Shown: piece after piece, positions 30,021 to 40,253 of the stretch
How the letters are laid out: every line of letters starts with the position of its first letter
How positions within the stretch are numbered: position 1 is the stretch's first letter
Made by a program: the position numbers and the translations under genes
Notes under the pieces: model-generated
Told to the model about the DNA's origin: nothing
Databases searched by the model: none
What the model saw: only the letters and a program-made list of their open reading frames with translations
Assembly: GCA_963769935.1 (NCBI GenBank)
Contig: CAVYNY010000016.1
Span: 64,001-128,000, forward strand
Reading direction: 5' to 3'
Length of the DNA stretch: 64,000 nucleotides
Source of the DNA: an uncultured delta proteobacterium
GTDB taxonomy: Bacteria > Desulfobacterota > Desulfobacteria > Desulfobacterales > JAFDCJ01

Positions 30021-31307
30021 ATGACAACTACTAAAGACATTATCGATAAGGTACTAAATGAAATTGATGCCGACGAGCTGATCAGATTAACCTCTGATCT
30101 AGTTAAGATTAATTCCGTCTGGGATCCTGTCGCCGGGACCAGTGAGCAGCCGGCGGCCGATTATGTTTTCAAATGGGCACAGGAGCATGGATTTGAGGCG
30201 CAGCTGGAAGAAGTTGCACCCGCTCGACCGAACGTAATTGTGCTTTGGACCGCCGGTCCCGGCAACCGTCGGCTGATGTTTGAAGGACACACCGATGTGG
30301 TCACCCCGGGGGATGTTGCGGCCTGGAAGTATGATCCTTTCGGCGCTGAGATTGTGGGTCGTAAAATGTACGGTCGCGGCACCAACGATACCAAAGGCAA
30401 CCTGGCAGCCATGCTGATTGCCATGGCGGCGCTTAAGGACTCCGGTGTGCAGCTTTCCGGAACCGTTGTCGGCGGGGTGCTGTGCGATGAAGAAGATCAA
30501 ATGCTGGGAGTCAGAAATTTCATCGATAGGGGCCATGCCGACGCGGTTACCGCCGCCGTCATCTGTGAGCCCCAGGATGGTTTGATCTGCACCTCCCAAA
30601 AAGGGTCGCTGCGGGCCCGGTTTACCATCAAGGGCCGCATGAGTCACGGTGCCATGCCCCTTTCCGGCTTGAACACCGCTCCGGCCGTCGCCCATTTGAT
30701 CAACGCTTTGCACGATCTGGAGCGCCGGGCCGTGCGGCAGCCGGGACAGGACGAGCATCTGGGGTGGCCCAGCTTCACTCCTACGGTCATCCTGGCACCG
30801 TCCGCCGGTGCGCCCCAGCTCAATGTCATGCCCGGCGAGACCCATTTACTGGTGGATATTCGGACCGTTCCCGGACAGTCCCATCCGGACATCCTGAAAG
30901 ACCTGGCAAACATGACGCTTGAAATTGAACAGCAGGTTCGCCGACATTACGTTGATTATGACAAACTGCTCCATATTGACCGCGAGCATGACCTGCATGT
31001 CACGCTGGAAATTTTAACCGACCGTCCCTGCACGCTGACGGATCGTAATGATCCGGCAGTTCTGGCAGCCGATTGGGCCACCCGGCAATTGAGTAAAAAA
31101 ACGCCGGTCTACGGCGGCGTTCCCGGCGCCACGGACGGCACCTTTCTGTGGGCTTTAAAAAATATTCCTATCGTCACCATGGGGGCCGGCGACCGTCAGG
31201 TTCCGCACCAGCTCGATGAGTGGGTCAATCTGGATCAACTCGTCGAAACCGCCAGGATATATGCGCTGACGGCGCTAAAATACCTGTGGCCGGGGGACAG
31301 CCATTGA
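30021..31307 (+). CDS. M20 family metallo-amidohydrolase (ArgE/DapE-like)
   Basis: FEGHTDVV, GRGTNDTKG, DEE, ICEP, HQLDE metal ligands. Confidence 0.9.
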   Translation: MTTTKDIIDKVLNEIDADELIRLTSDLVKINSVWDPVAGTSEQPAADYVFKWAQEHGFEAQLEEVAPARPNVIVLWTAGPGNRRLMFEGHTDVVTPGDVAAWKYDPFGAEIVGRKMYGRGTNDTKGNLAAMLIAMAALKDSGVQLSGTVVGGVLCDEEDQMLGVRNFIDRGHADAVTAAVICEPQDGLICTSQKGSLRARFTIKGRMSHGAMPLSGLNTAPAVAHLINALHDLERRAVRQPGQDEHLGWPSFTPTVILAPSAGAPQLNVMPGETHLLVDIRTVPGQSHPDILKDLANMTLEIEQQVRRHYVDYDKLLHIDREHDLHVTLEILTDRPCTLTDRNDPAVLAADWATRQLSKKTPVYGGVPGATDGTFLWALKNIPIVTMGAGDRQVPHQLDEWVNLDQLVETARIYALTALKYLWPGDSH

Positions 31308-31414
31308 ATATTTTCGATTGAATATTGAAAATTTAAGGTATTCTGTCGATTAATTAAAATAGACGGAGCGCAGCGACATCCATAAATATTCAATTTTCAA
31401 TCTTCAATTTTCAT
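31303..31414. repeat. MITE-like element, ATTGAAT/ATTCAAT family
   Basis: Shares gaatattgaaaatttaaggta and ggagc..agcgac.tcca.aaatattcaat with 54794-54928. Relatives at 28670 and 33411. Confidence 0.8.
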
Positions 31415-31425
31415 TTTTTTGATAA

Positions 31426-32433
31426 ATGGGCAGTAAACTACTAGAAATAACGGACCTGTCCGTCCATTTCCACACCCCCGAAGGTATTGCCCGGGCGGTG
31501 GACGGGGTCAGTTTCCACCTGGACACGGGTGAGACCATCGGTCTGGTGGGTGAATCAGGTTGCGGCAAGAGCGTCACTTCCCTGAGCATCCTGGGATTGA
31601 TTCCGTCGCCGCCGGGAAAGATTGAAGGCGGTAAAATCAGGTTTGCCGGCCAAAATTTACTGGATTGCAACAACGAACAGCTCCGCAAAATTCGGGGGCA
31701 AAAAATCTCGATGATATTTCAGGAGCCGATGACCTCCCTCAACCCGGTGCTGCCAATCGGCCGCCAGGTGGCGGAACCGCTGATGGTCCATCAGGGGCTT
31801 AGCCGGACCGCAGCATTTGAGAAGGCCGCCCGATGGCTGGACTACGTTAAGATACCGGCCGCCGCCAAACGGCTGAATGACTACCCGCATCAGCTATCGG
31901 GCGGCATGCGCCAGCGGGTCATGATCGCCATGGCCATGGTCTGTGGCCCGAAGCTTTTGATTGCCGATGAACCCACAACCGCTTTGGATGTCACGATCCA
32001 GGCCCAGATCCTGTCCCTGATGCTGCGCCTCAAGGAAGAACTGGAAATGTCACTGCTTTTGATCACCCACGATCTGGGAGTGGTCGCCCAGATGGCAGCC
32101 AGGGTGGTCGTCATGTATGCCGGCGAAGTTGTCGAGGAGGCCGGCGTAGCCGATATATTCGACCGGCCATTTCATCCCTACACCCAGGGACTTCTCAAAT
32201 CCATGCCCCGGATCGGGGTCCGGATGGGCGGCCGCAAACAGCGCCTGAACGAAATCCCCGGTATCGTACCGGTGCTGACGGAGCTGATTACGGGATGCCG
32301 GTTTACCGATCGCTGTCCCCATGCCTTTGAGCTGTGCCGTCAGAGCCATCCGCAGCTGGTGAAAGTTGGGGAAAAACACCAGGCGCGCTGCTGGCTGGCG
32401 GCATACCCGGAACGGAGAAAAAGCGATGCCTGA
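31426..32433 (+). CDS. Peptide ABC ATP-binding protein (DppD/OppD-like)
   Basis: [26 protein letters not shown]-terminal Cys motif. Confidence 0.93.
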   Translation: MGSKLLEITDLSVHFHTPEGIARAVDGVSFHLDTGETIGLVGESGCGKSVTSLSILGLIPSPPGKIEGGKIRFAGQNLLDCNNEQLRKIRGQKISMIFQEPMTSLNPVLPIGRQVAEPLMVHQGLSRTAAFEKAARWLDYVKIPAAAKRLNDYPHQLSGGMRQRVMIAMAMVCGPKLLIADEPTTALDVTIQAQILSLMLRLKEELEMSLLLITHDLGVVAQMAARVVVMYAGEVVEEAGVADIFDRPFHPYTQGLLKSMPRIGVRMGGRKQRLNEIPGIVPVLTELITGCRFTDRCPHAFELCRQSHPQLVKVGEKHQARCWLAAYPERRKSDA

Positions 32434-33415
32434 AGCACCGTTGCTCAACGTCGTTGATCTGGTCAAACGGTTTCCCCTGGGGGGCGGGATTTTCTCAAAA
32501 CCGCGCGCCTGGGTCAAAGCGGTCGAAGGGGTTTCTTTTTCCGTCTCACGGGGTGAAAGCTTCGGCCTGGTAGGTGAGTCGGGTTGCGGCAAAACAACCC
32601 TTGGACGCCTGATTCTGAGGCTCATCGAGCCGACCGGCGGCCGGGTCGAGTTTGACGGCCGCGATATTGTTTCCTTGAACCGCTCGGAAATGAGCACCCT
32701 GCGCCAGCGAATGCAGATTATTTTCCAGGATCCCTACTCGAGCCTTGATCCACGCATGAAGGTGGTGGATATTGTCACCGAGCCGCTGCGAGCGAGCCGA
32801 AAGCTTTCCCCGCATAAACGAAAGGATGTGGCGGCCGAAATGCTGCAAAAAGTCGGTCTGCGCAGGGCGGACCTGGACAAATATCCGCACGAGTTTTCCG
32901 GCGGCCAGCGACAGCGCATCGGAATTGCGCGTTCGTTGTGTGTCCGTCCGGAATTGATCGTGGCCGATGAACCGGTAAGTGCCTTAGACGTCTCCATTCA
33001 GGCCCAGGTAATCAACCTGATGGAGGATTTGAAGGCTGAATTCAACCTTTCCTATGTTTTTATCTCCCATGACCTGAGCGTGGTCGAATATATCTGTGAC
33101 CGAATTGCGGTGATGTATCTGGGGGGTATCGTTGAGCTGGCCTCCACCAGAGACTTTAGTGTTTGCCCGCGTCACCCGTACACCGAAGCGCTCCTGAAAT
33201 CGGTTCCCTTGCCGGATCCCAATCGCAGAACCGAACCGTTTGCCATGGAAGGCGATGTCCCTAATCCGATTGATCCGCCCACGGGATGTCCGTTTCATCC
33301 AAGATGTCTGTACAAATTTGATCGGTGTCCCCGCGAGAAACCGCCCCTGATTGAAGCCGCCCCGGCTCATTTCGTAGCCTGCTGGCTGCACGGGGGCACG
33401 GGATTAGGGAATTGA
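32426..33415 (+). CDS. Peptide ABC ATP-binding protein (DppF/OppF-like)
   Basis: [27 protein letters not shown] 32426 overlaps the previous stop. Confidence 0.93.
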   Translation: MPEAPLLNVVDLVKRFPLGGGIFSKPRAWVKAVEGVSFSVSRGESFGLVGESGCGKTTLGRLILRLIEPTGGRVEFDGRDIVSLNRSEMSTLRQRMQIIFQDPYSSLDPRMKVVDIVTEPLRASRKLSPHKRKDVAAEMLQKVGLRRADLDKYPHEFSGGQRQRIGIARSLCVRPELIVADEPVSALDVSIQAQVINLMEDLKAEFNLSYVFISHDLSVVEYICDRIAVMYLGGIVELASTRDFSVCPRHPYTEALLKSVPLPDPNRRTEPFAMEGDVPNPIDPPTGCPFHPRCLYKFDRCPREKPPLIEAAPAHFVACWLHGGTGLGN

Positions 33416-33567
33416 AGATTGAATATTTTCCATAGTCGATGAATATTCGATTTAAATCAAAGGCCTCCAATATTGACACCCAAAATCTTAAAGGACCTAA
33501 ATGAACAATTGAAAATACAAACGACAGGATGCCTTCAATATTCAATTGACAATTTTCAATTTTCAAT
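33411..33567. repeat. MITE-like element, ATTGAAT/ATTCAAT family
   Basis: attgaagattgaatatt ... ttcaatattcaattgacaattttcaattttcaat. Confidence 0.7.
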
Positions 33568-33601
33568 CGAATAGTTCGTCATTTCAAAGAGGAGAAAATC
33601 A

Positions 33602-34519
33602 ATGAAAGTTGCAGTCGTCGGCGCCGGTGCCATGGGCAGCCTCTTTGGTGCCCTGCTGGCTGAAGCCGGCCAGGAAGTCTGGCTCTATGATGTGTGGGTT
33701 GCACACGTCCAGGCCGTCAAACAAAATGGATTACAGATCGAACGGGAAGGCCAAACGCGCACGGTTCGCATCAACGCCACCACGGATCCGGCTGAAATCG
33801 GCCGCGCGGACCTGGTGATCATATTCGTTAAATCGACCCAGACCAAAGCCGCAGCTGAAACCGCGCGCGCGATTGCCGGCTCTGAAGGTACGGTCATGAC
33901 CCTGCAAAACGGGATGGGCAACGCCGATACCATCGCCCGCAGCATCGCGGCGGATCGCATACTGGCAGGCACCACATCCCACGGGGCCACCATGCTGGCT
34001 GCCGGCCGTATCCGGCATGCCGGTATCGGCGCCACCACCATCGGCAGCTGGGCCGACACCGATCAGGGACGGCTGCGCGCTGAGAAGCTCGCCGATTTTT
34101 TCAACAGTGCCGGCATCGAAGCGCAAGCCGTGGCCGACGTACGCAGCGTGGTCTGGAACAAGCTATTGATCAACATCGGCATTAATGCCGTCACGGCGCT
34201 GTGCGGGATCAAAAACGGCCAGTTGCTGGATCTGGCAACCACCCGGGAATTGAGTCGCGGCGCGGTTGAAGAAGCCATGGCCATCGCCCGCGCCCAGCAT
34301 ATCGGGATTAAAGACGACGCCGTGAACATTGTTTTTAAGGTGGCCGAAGCGACCGGCGCCAATCGATCGTCCATGGGACAGGATGTGGACAACAAACGCC
34401 AGACGGAAATTGCGGCCATCAACGGATTCATCGTGCGGGAGGCCCACCGGCTGGGACTGGAAGCACCGATTAATTTTGCGTTGACGGCGCTGATCGAGAC
34501 GCTGCAATCGCATTATTAG
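33602..34519 (+). CDS. panE: 2-dehydropantoate 2-reductase
   Basis: GAGAMG, VKS, LQNGMG, WNKLLIN, NRSSMGQD, TEIAAING. Confidence 0.9.
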   Translation: MKVAVVGAGAMGSLFGALLAEAGQEVWLYDVWVAHVQAVKQNGLQIEREGQTRTVRINATTDPAEIGRADLVIIFVKSTQTKAAAETARAIAGSEGTVMTLQNGMGNADTIARSIAADRILAGTTSHGATMLAAGRIRHAGIGATTIGSWADTDQGRLRAEKLADFFNSAGIEAQAVADVRSVVWNKLLINIGINAVTALCGIKNGQLLDLATTRELSRGAVEEAMAIARAQHIGIKDDAVNIVFKVAEATGANRSSMGQDVDNKRQTEIAAINGFIVREAHRLGLEAPINFALTALIETLQSHY

Positions 34520-34589
34520 CGAGGTATAGTCAAAACGGGAAAAAGGCTATCCAATGCAGAGGTGGAGTTATGGAGCAATGAAGTATTGG

Positions 34590-34744
34590 AAATTCCAAAT
34601 AACAAATACCAAATAACAAATAATTTCCAATGTCCAAAATTTCAAATTCCAAACCTTTGTGCAAATTTGAAGAAGCGAGCCGATTTGTTTTGATCATTGA
34701 AATTTCGAATTTATTTGGAATTTGGTGCTTGGAATTTGGGATTT
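34590..34744. repeat. Inverted-repeat element, AAATTCC/GGAATTT family
   Basis: aaattccaaataacaaataccaaataacaaa versus atttggaatttggtgcttggaatttgggattt. Confidence 0.72.
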
Positions 34745-34792
34745 TGTGTAGTGGATAATGTTTTTAACTCGCTAAAGTGAAGGAGAATCAAA

Positions 34793-35644
34793 ATGGGTGA
34801 TAAGAAAACAACAGTCCTCGATGTCCAGCAGGCCAAGAATGAGGGACGCAAACTTACCATGCTGACTGCTTATGATTATCCGCTGGGACTGATGGCCGCG
34901 GAATCCGGCGTCGACATCGTCCTGGTCGGCGACTCACTGGGCATGGTGGTCATGGGCCTGCAGGGAACGGTTGAGGTCACCATGGAGAATATGATCCATC
35001 ACATCAAAGCCGTCGTCCGGGGATGCAAAGGACCTCTGATCGTCGGCGACATGCCGTTTATGAGCTACAACACCTCCATCCGGGAGGCGATTATCAATGC
35101 CGGCCGTCTGATGAAGGAAGGCGGCTGTGATGTCGTCAAGCTGGAAGGCGGGGTTGATTTCGCGCTGACGATTGAAGCAATCGTCAAAGCCGGAATTCCC
35201 GTGCAGGGTCATATCGGTCTGACACCGCAGACCGCTTCCGCGTTGGGCGGCTTTAAAATGCAAGGCAAGGATGCCGCGGCTGCCAAACAGATCATCGATG
35301 ATGCCAAGGCCCTGGAAGATGCCGGCGTATTCTCGATGATCCTGGAAGCCGTGCCGGCTCCGCTCGGCAAGCTGGTCTCCGAAGCGGTCAAGGTTCCGGT
35401 CATCGGCATCGGGGCCGGACCGGATGTAGACGGCCAGGTGCTGGTGTTTCATGACGTCGTGGGCCTATTTGACCGGTTTGTGCCGAAGTTTGTCAAACAG
35501 TACACCAATGTCAGAAAGATAATCGTAGCGGCGTTAAAGGAATATAACCAGGACGTTCTTGAAGGACAATTCCCGGGACCGGAACATTCCTTTAAAATGC
35601 CGGATGAAGCCCTGGAAAAGCTGAAAAAGATGATCGAAGGATAA
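34793..35644 (+). CDS. panB: 3-methyl-2-oxobutanoate hydroxymethyltransferase
   Basis: MLTAYDY, LVGDSLGM, VKLEGG, GHIGLTPQ, IGIGAG, DGQVLV. Confidence 0.96.
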   Translation: MGDKKTTVLDVQQAKNEGRKLTMLTAYDYPLGLMAAESGVDIVLVGDSLGMVVMGLQGTVEVTMENMIHHIKAVVRGCKGPLIVGDMPFMSYNTSIREAIINAGRLMKEGGCDVVKLEGGVDFALTIEAIVKAGIPVQGHIGLTPQTASALGGFKMQGKDAAAAKQIIDDAKALEDAGVFSMILEAVPAPLGKLVSEAVKVPVIGIGAGPDVDGQVLVFHDVVGLFDRFVPKFVKQYTNVRKIIVAALKEYNQDVLEGQFPGPEHSFKMPDEALEKLKKMIEG

Positions 35645-35908
35645 AGAAGTGGAGTGGTACGGCCAGGTTCCTTTTGATCTTGACTCGCAGCCCATCACCG
35701 TGTTATGCCTCCAGCGTCGATGAAGTCAAAGCCAGGGCCGAATTAGAGAACAGATGCAAAAGCTCAAGGCTATTCGGTTTCAGATGCCAAGACCCTAAGT
35801 CCTCCCCGCTGGACCCACCCGCGGGGAGCCAGCCGCCGGATGCCCATCCAATCAGGAAAATAGTCGTCCCTGGGCCGCTCAATGTAAGGATTGCTGTAAA
35901 GGGATTCA

Positions 35909-36775
35909 ATGTCGTTCCTCGTCATTATGTCATTGCTCAATGGTCTGACACTGGCCGCACTGCTGTTCATCACGGCCAGCGGACTGACACTGTCTTTTAG
36001 CCTGATGCGGGTTGTCAACCTGAGCCACGGTGCGCTTTATATGGCGGGCGGCTTCATCGGCTTGTCCGTGATCAGCCTCACCGGAAGCTGGCTCCTGGCC
36101 TTGTTTGCGGGCGGCAGTGTCATGGCTGTCGTGGCTCTGCTGGAAGAAAAACACCTACTGCGATGGGCCCGCGGCAATGACCTGATAGAAACCCTGATCT
36201 CGCTGTCGGTGGCCATCATCATCGGTGACCTGGTTCTGGTCATCTGGGGGGGGTACCCCAAAACCATTGAAATCCCCGCGATGCTGAGCGGCATCTGGAC
36301 CATACCGGTGATCGATATGGTTTATCCCATATTTCGGATTTTTATGCTGGGATTGGCCATTGTAATCATCGTTGCCCTGTGGTTTTTCCTTAAAAAAACC
36401 AACCTTGGGATCACCATCCGGGCCGGTGTCGATAATTTCGAAATGGTGTCCGCTTTAGGAATCAATGTCCGCCGGCTGTTTACGATCGTTTTTTGTCTTT
36501 CCGGATTTTTGGCCGGTGTTGCCGGCGTCGTGGGCGGAACGTTCATGATGCTCGTGGTGGGTGAAGACTGGCGCATTCTGACTTTAACACTGATTGTGAT
36601 CATTATCGGCGGTATGGGCAGTTTGGGGGGCACCATCGTGGGTGCGCTGATAACCGGTCTGATCTACAGTTTTGCAACGGCCTATATTCCTGAATTTTCG
36701 TTGTTCATCCTGTTTTTGCCCGTGGCCATGATCCTCTCCATCAGGCCCCATGGGCTGTTTGGTAAAAAGGTCTGA
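35909..36775 (+). CDS. Branched-chain amino acid-type ABC permease (LivH-like)
   Basis: VVNLSHG, LGITIRA, IIGGMGSLGG, RPHGLFG. Confidence 0.9.
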   Translation: MSFLVIMSLLNGLTLAALLFITASGLTLSFSLMRVVNLSHGALYMAGGFIGLSVISLTGSWLLALFAGGSVMAVVALLEEKHLLRWARGNDLIETLISLSVAIIIGDLVLVIWGGYPKTIEIPAMLSGIWTIPVIDMVYPIFRIFMLGLAIVIIVALWFFLKKTNLGITIRAGVDNFEMVSALGINVRRLFTIVFCLSGFLAGVAGVVGGTFMMLVVGEDWRILTLTLIVIIIGGMGSLGGTIVGALITGLIYSFATAYIPEFSLFILFLPVAMILSIRPHGLFGKKV

Positions 36776-36779
36776 TCCG

Positions 36780-37793
36780 ATGAAATCCTCCCGGGTGCCT
36801 AAAACAGTCGTACTGCTGTCGTCCCTGGCAATATTGGTCGCTGTGCCATGGATCGCTTCGGACTATTTTGTCATGATGTGTATCCGCGTCATGTATTTCG
36901 GAATGCTGACCCTGAGCCTGTGCTTTCTGGCAGGCGAACTGGGTGTCGTTTCGTTGATGCAGGCTTCGTTTTTCGGTATATCGGGGTACTTCATCGCCAT
37001 TTTGCAGACCCGCTATCAGATCGCATTTCCAATTCCCCCCTTGGTGGGCATCGGGGTGGCGGTCTTGTTTGCCGCTGTGACAGGGCTTCTGGTGATTCGC
37101 GTTCGGGGCATATACTTTTTGATGCTCACCCTTGTGCTCGGCCAACTCGTCTGGGCGCTGGCGAGTCAATGGGCATCGGTCACCCGAGGCGACTCGGGCA
37201 TTACCGACATATTCGCTCCGATGATATTCGGGATCTCAACCGAAAAGTCAAAAGGGGCATTCTATTTCTTTGAGCTGTTTTTCTTTTGCGGAGTGATTTG
37301 CTTTCTGGCGGCATTGAAACGTTCCCCCTTCGGGTTGATGCTGCGCGGCATTCGCGAAAGTGAGAGCCGGATGGTGATGCTGGGTTACCCGGTAGCGCTT
37401 CTGCGCTACATGGCGTTTATCTTTGCCGCGTTCGTGGCCGCCATGGGGGGTGTTTTCTTTGCCTACTTTACCGGCCTGATCAATCCCCACTCGTTCTCAT
37501 TAACCACCAACGTCGAAACCCTGCTTTCGGCAATTTTGGGCGGCATTCAGACCTTGTTCGGGGCGATCCTGGGAACCGCGATTCTCAAAATTTTGGATCT
37601 GGTTTTGAGCGGTATTACCCGGCGCTATTTGCTGATTATGGGGATCTTGTTTCTGATTACGATTATGTTCGCGCCCAAGGGGGCTGCCGGGGCGTTAAAG
37701 CGCCTCTGGGATAGTGTTGCATCACGAGTTTTGGGAAGCGCGGCGCCCGGCAAGGGTGCCGCCGACGATTCGTTTCTGGAAGACACAAAATAG
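36780..37793 (+). CDS. Branched-chain amino acid-type ABC permease (LivM-like)
   Basis: GIYFLMLTL, SPFGLMLRGIRESE, ILGG. ATG 36780. Confidence 0.9.
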   Translation: MKSSRVPKTVVLLSSLAILVAVPWIASDYFVMMCIRVMYFGMLTLSLCFLAGELGVVSLMQASFFGISGYFIAILQTRYQIAFPIPPLVGIGVAVLFAAVTGLLVIRVRGIYFLMLTLVLGQLVWALASQWASVTRGDSGITDIFAPMIFGISTEKSKGAFYFFELFFFCGVICFLAALKRSPFGLMLRGIRESESRMVMLGYPVALLRYMAFIFAAFVAAMGGVFFAYFTGLINPHSFSLTTNVETLLSAILGGIQTLFGAILGTAILKILDLVLSGITRRYLLIMGILFLITIMFAPKGAAGALKRLWDSVASRVLGSAAPGKGAADDSFLEDTK

Positions 37794-37808
37794 GAAAGGA
37801 GAGAGAAG

Positions 37809-39153
37809 ATGAAAAGAAAAAATTGGATAATTGCAATCACGGTCGTTTTCTTTTTTAGCTGTGGCCTTAGCGGGCAATGCGACGGCACTGGATGAAATCC
37901 GCATCGGCACCATCGGCCCGCTCACCGGTTGGGCGACCATTTTCGGCGAAGGCGTTCTCAACGGCGCCAAATTGGCCCTTGAGGAACACAACAATGAATT
38001 CAACGGCATCCCGATCAAGGTTTTTAGCGAGGACACCAAGGCCGATGTTGAAGTGATGCGGGCCAAGCTGGATTCTCTCAAAAACCGCGACAAAGTCCAT
38101 TTGATCATCGGGCCTTCGCTGGGGCACGAAGGTATGGCGGCGGTGGATTGGGGCGCGCGCAATCCCGAGGTTCCCATGCTGATCGGCTATTCGGCCCCGG
38201 AAGACATTACCATGCGCAAGGCAACCTTCAGTGTCATCCGCCCCGGCTGGACCGGCGCCCAGGTGATTTTCAATTTCGGCCAGTACTGCGCCAAAGACCT
38301 GGGTTATAAAAAGGTCATCATCGTCGGGCAGGATTACTCTTACCCCTGGGACCAGGCCGCCGGTTTCATCAGAGGATTTTTGGAAAACGGCGGGGAAAAA
38401 GTCGAACGTATCTGGCATCCGGTGGAAGCCGTTGATTTCAGTTCGATCATGGCAAAGCTGATGGGCATGTCCAAGGAGTACGATGCGGTCTTGAACAACT
38501 CCGGCGGTGCCCAGGTAGTTGCCTTTTTCAAACAGTGGAAACAGTTCGGACTGGATAAAATGTATCCCCAGATTCTGGGGCAGGCCAACGTCCCGATCGT
38601 GTCGATGCTCTCCGAACTCGGGGATTCGGCTTTGGGAGTTTACTCTTCACTGCACTATTACGACGGCAATCCTTCAGCGGCCAACCAGAAATTCCGCGCA
38701 AACTTCAAAAAGAAATACGGCCACTACCCGGACGTAATCGCTGTCCAGGGTTACGATGCCGTCCATGTCGCCTTTAAAGCCATGCAGGCCATTGACGGGC
38801 AGGTGGATGATCCCAAGAAATTCATCACCGCCCTGCGCCAGGTGAAGATGAGTGCCGACGAATCTCCGCGCGGTCCGTTTTATTTCGATAAATACGCCAA
38901 CCCGGTGCAGAATATCTACATCAAGAAGGTGGTCAAAAAAGACGGCCAGCTGATGAACGAGGCCGTCAAGACCTATAAGAATGTTTCCCAGTTCGGCCCC
39001 TATGCTGATATTGCCGACAAGTATATGGCGGCTCCCGCCACCACCCGCGACTACCCGCCCGGAGACAAGGCCTCCTATTTCAAGGAGATCGAAAAATACT
39101 TCGGCAAGGACTATGTCGAAAAGCTGGAGAAGAACCACGGCTGGGTGGATTAA
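37809..39153 (+). CDS. Liv-type ABC substrate-binding protein, +1 frameshift in a T-tract within the signal peptide
   Basis: Likely true start ATG 37809 after a GGAGAG RBS. Deleting one T at 37851-37856 gives MKRKNWIIAITVVFFLAVALAGNATA-LDEIRIG. Body has IGPLTG and DYSYPW. Confidence 0.82.
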
Positions 39154-39240
39154 CCCTAATGCTGCCGAAACAACTTGGCAAAGTGTTTATATCTGTAGTT
39201 CTTTAGGGGCTTATTTCTCATAGCATGTTGTCAGAAAATG

Positions 39241-39304
39241 AGTTTCAGGTGTCAGTGTTCAGGTTTCAGGATCTGGCCATTCGCTTTGCTGACACCTGAA
39301 ACCT
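39241..39304. repeat. Inverted-repeat element, TTTCAGG/TGTCAG family
   Basis: gtttcaggtgtcag...ctgacacctgaaac, a perfect 14-bp inverted repeat. Confidence 0.8.
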
Positions 39305-39476
39305 AGACTTTGTGTCACGATATAACCAGCGCTCTTGCTCGCCCGAAGGGGCCACTTTTCCCGACTAAGTCTCGGGAATGGCGTAGGTTCAATCAAGTGA
39401 AGTTGGCTGGCAAAAATTCAGGTACTCGCATTTTATCGTATTTCCGAAACGTTGAGCTTTCAGAGGCTTCGATCAC

Positions 39477-40253
39477 ATGCATGCGCTGGTTTTAAAGAAC
39501 GTATCCAAATCCTTCGGCGGCATCGTTGCTGTCAGTAAGGTCGACCTCACCGTCACAATGGGGGAGAGCCGTGCGTTGATCGGGCCCAATGGGGCCGGCA
39601 AGTCGACCCTTTTTAATTTGGTCACAGGGGAAATCCCACTGGACGAGGGGCGGATCCTGCTGTTCGGCAAAGACCTTACCCGCGAACCCGTGCAGAAACG
39701 CATTGCCTCGCACCTGGGCAGGACCTATCAGATTTCCAACCTGTTCTCCCAGTTGACGGTCCAGGAGAACCTGTTTTTGGCTTCCTGGCAGACACGGTCA
39801 AGAAAAGCCTCTTTAGTCGCCGCGCTGTTTCGTTCCTGGCGCAAATTTGAGAATCAGCGCCGCCACGTCGCCGAGATTGCGCATCGGGTCGGACTGCAGG
39901 ACAAGCTCGACACAAAGGTCGATGAGCTCTCGCACGGAGAACACCGCCAGCTGGAGTTGGGTCTTACACTGGCCCATGAGCCCAGGATACTGCTGTTGGA
40001 CGAACCCATGGCGGGGCTTTCCGCAGCCGAGCGGGGATTTATGACCGAGCTGATCATGAGCCTGAAGTCAGAGATTACCGTTGTGATCATCGAGCACGAC
40101 ATCCATGTGGCCTTCAGCATTGCCGACCAGGTATCCGTGCTGCACCATGGCGCCATCATTGCAGAAGGAAGTCCGAAGCAGATCGAGAACAATCGAGAGG
40201 TTCAGCAGATCTATACCTTAAGCCGGCATTCAAAAGATTCCCATCATGTCTGA
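39477..40253 (+). CDS. ABC ATP-binding protein (LivG-like)
   Basis: [23 protein letters not shown]. Confidence 0.92.
   Translation: MHALVLKNVSKSFGGIVAVSKVDLTVTMGESRALIGPNGAGKSTLFNLVTGEIPLDEGRILLFGKDLTREPVQKRIASHLGRTYQISNLFSQLTVQENLFLASWQTRSRKASLVAALFRSWRKFENQRRHVAEIAHRVGLQDKLDTKVDELSHGEHRQLELGLTLAHEPRILLLDEPMAGLSAAERGFMTELIMSLKSEITVVIIEHDIHVAFSIADQVSVLHHGAIIAEGSPKQIENNREVQQIYTLSRHSKDSHHV

Noticed and set aside
35674..36000. 108-aa ORF overlapping the livH start
   Set aside because: TTG start, no RBS, overlaps livH out of frame, and no motif.
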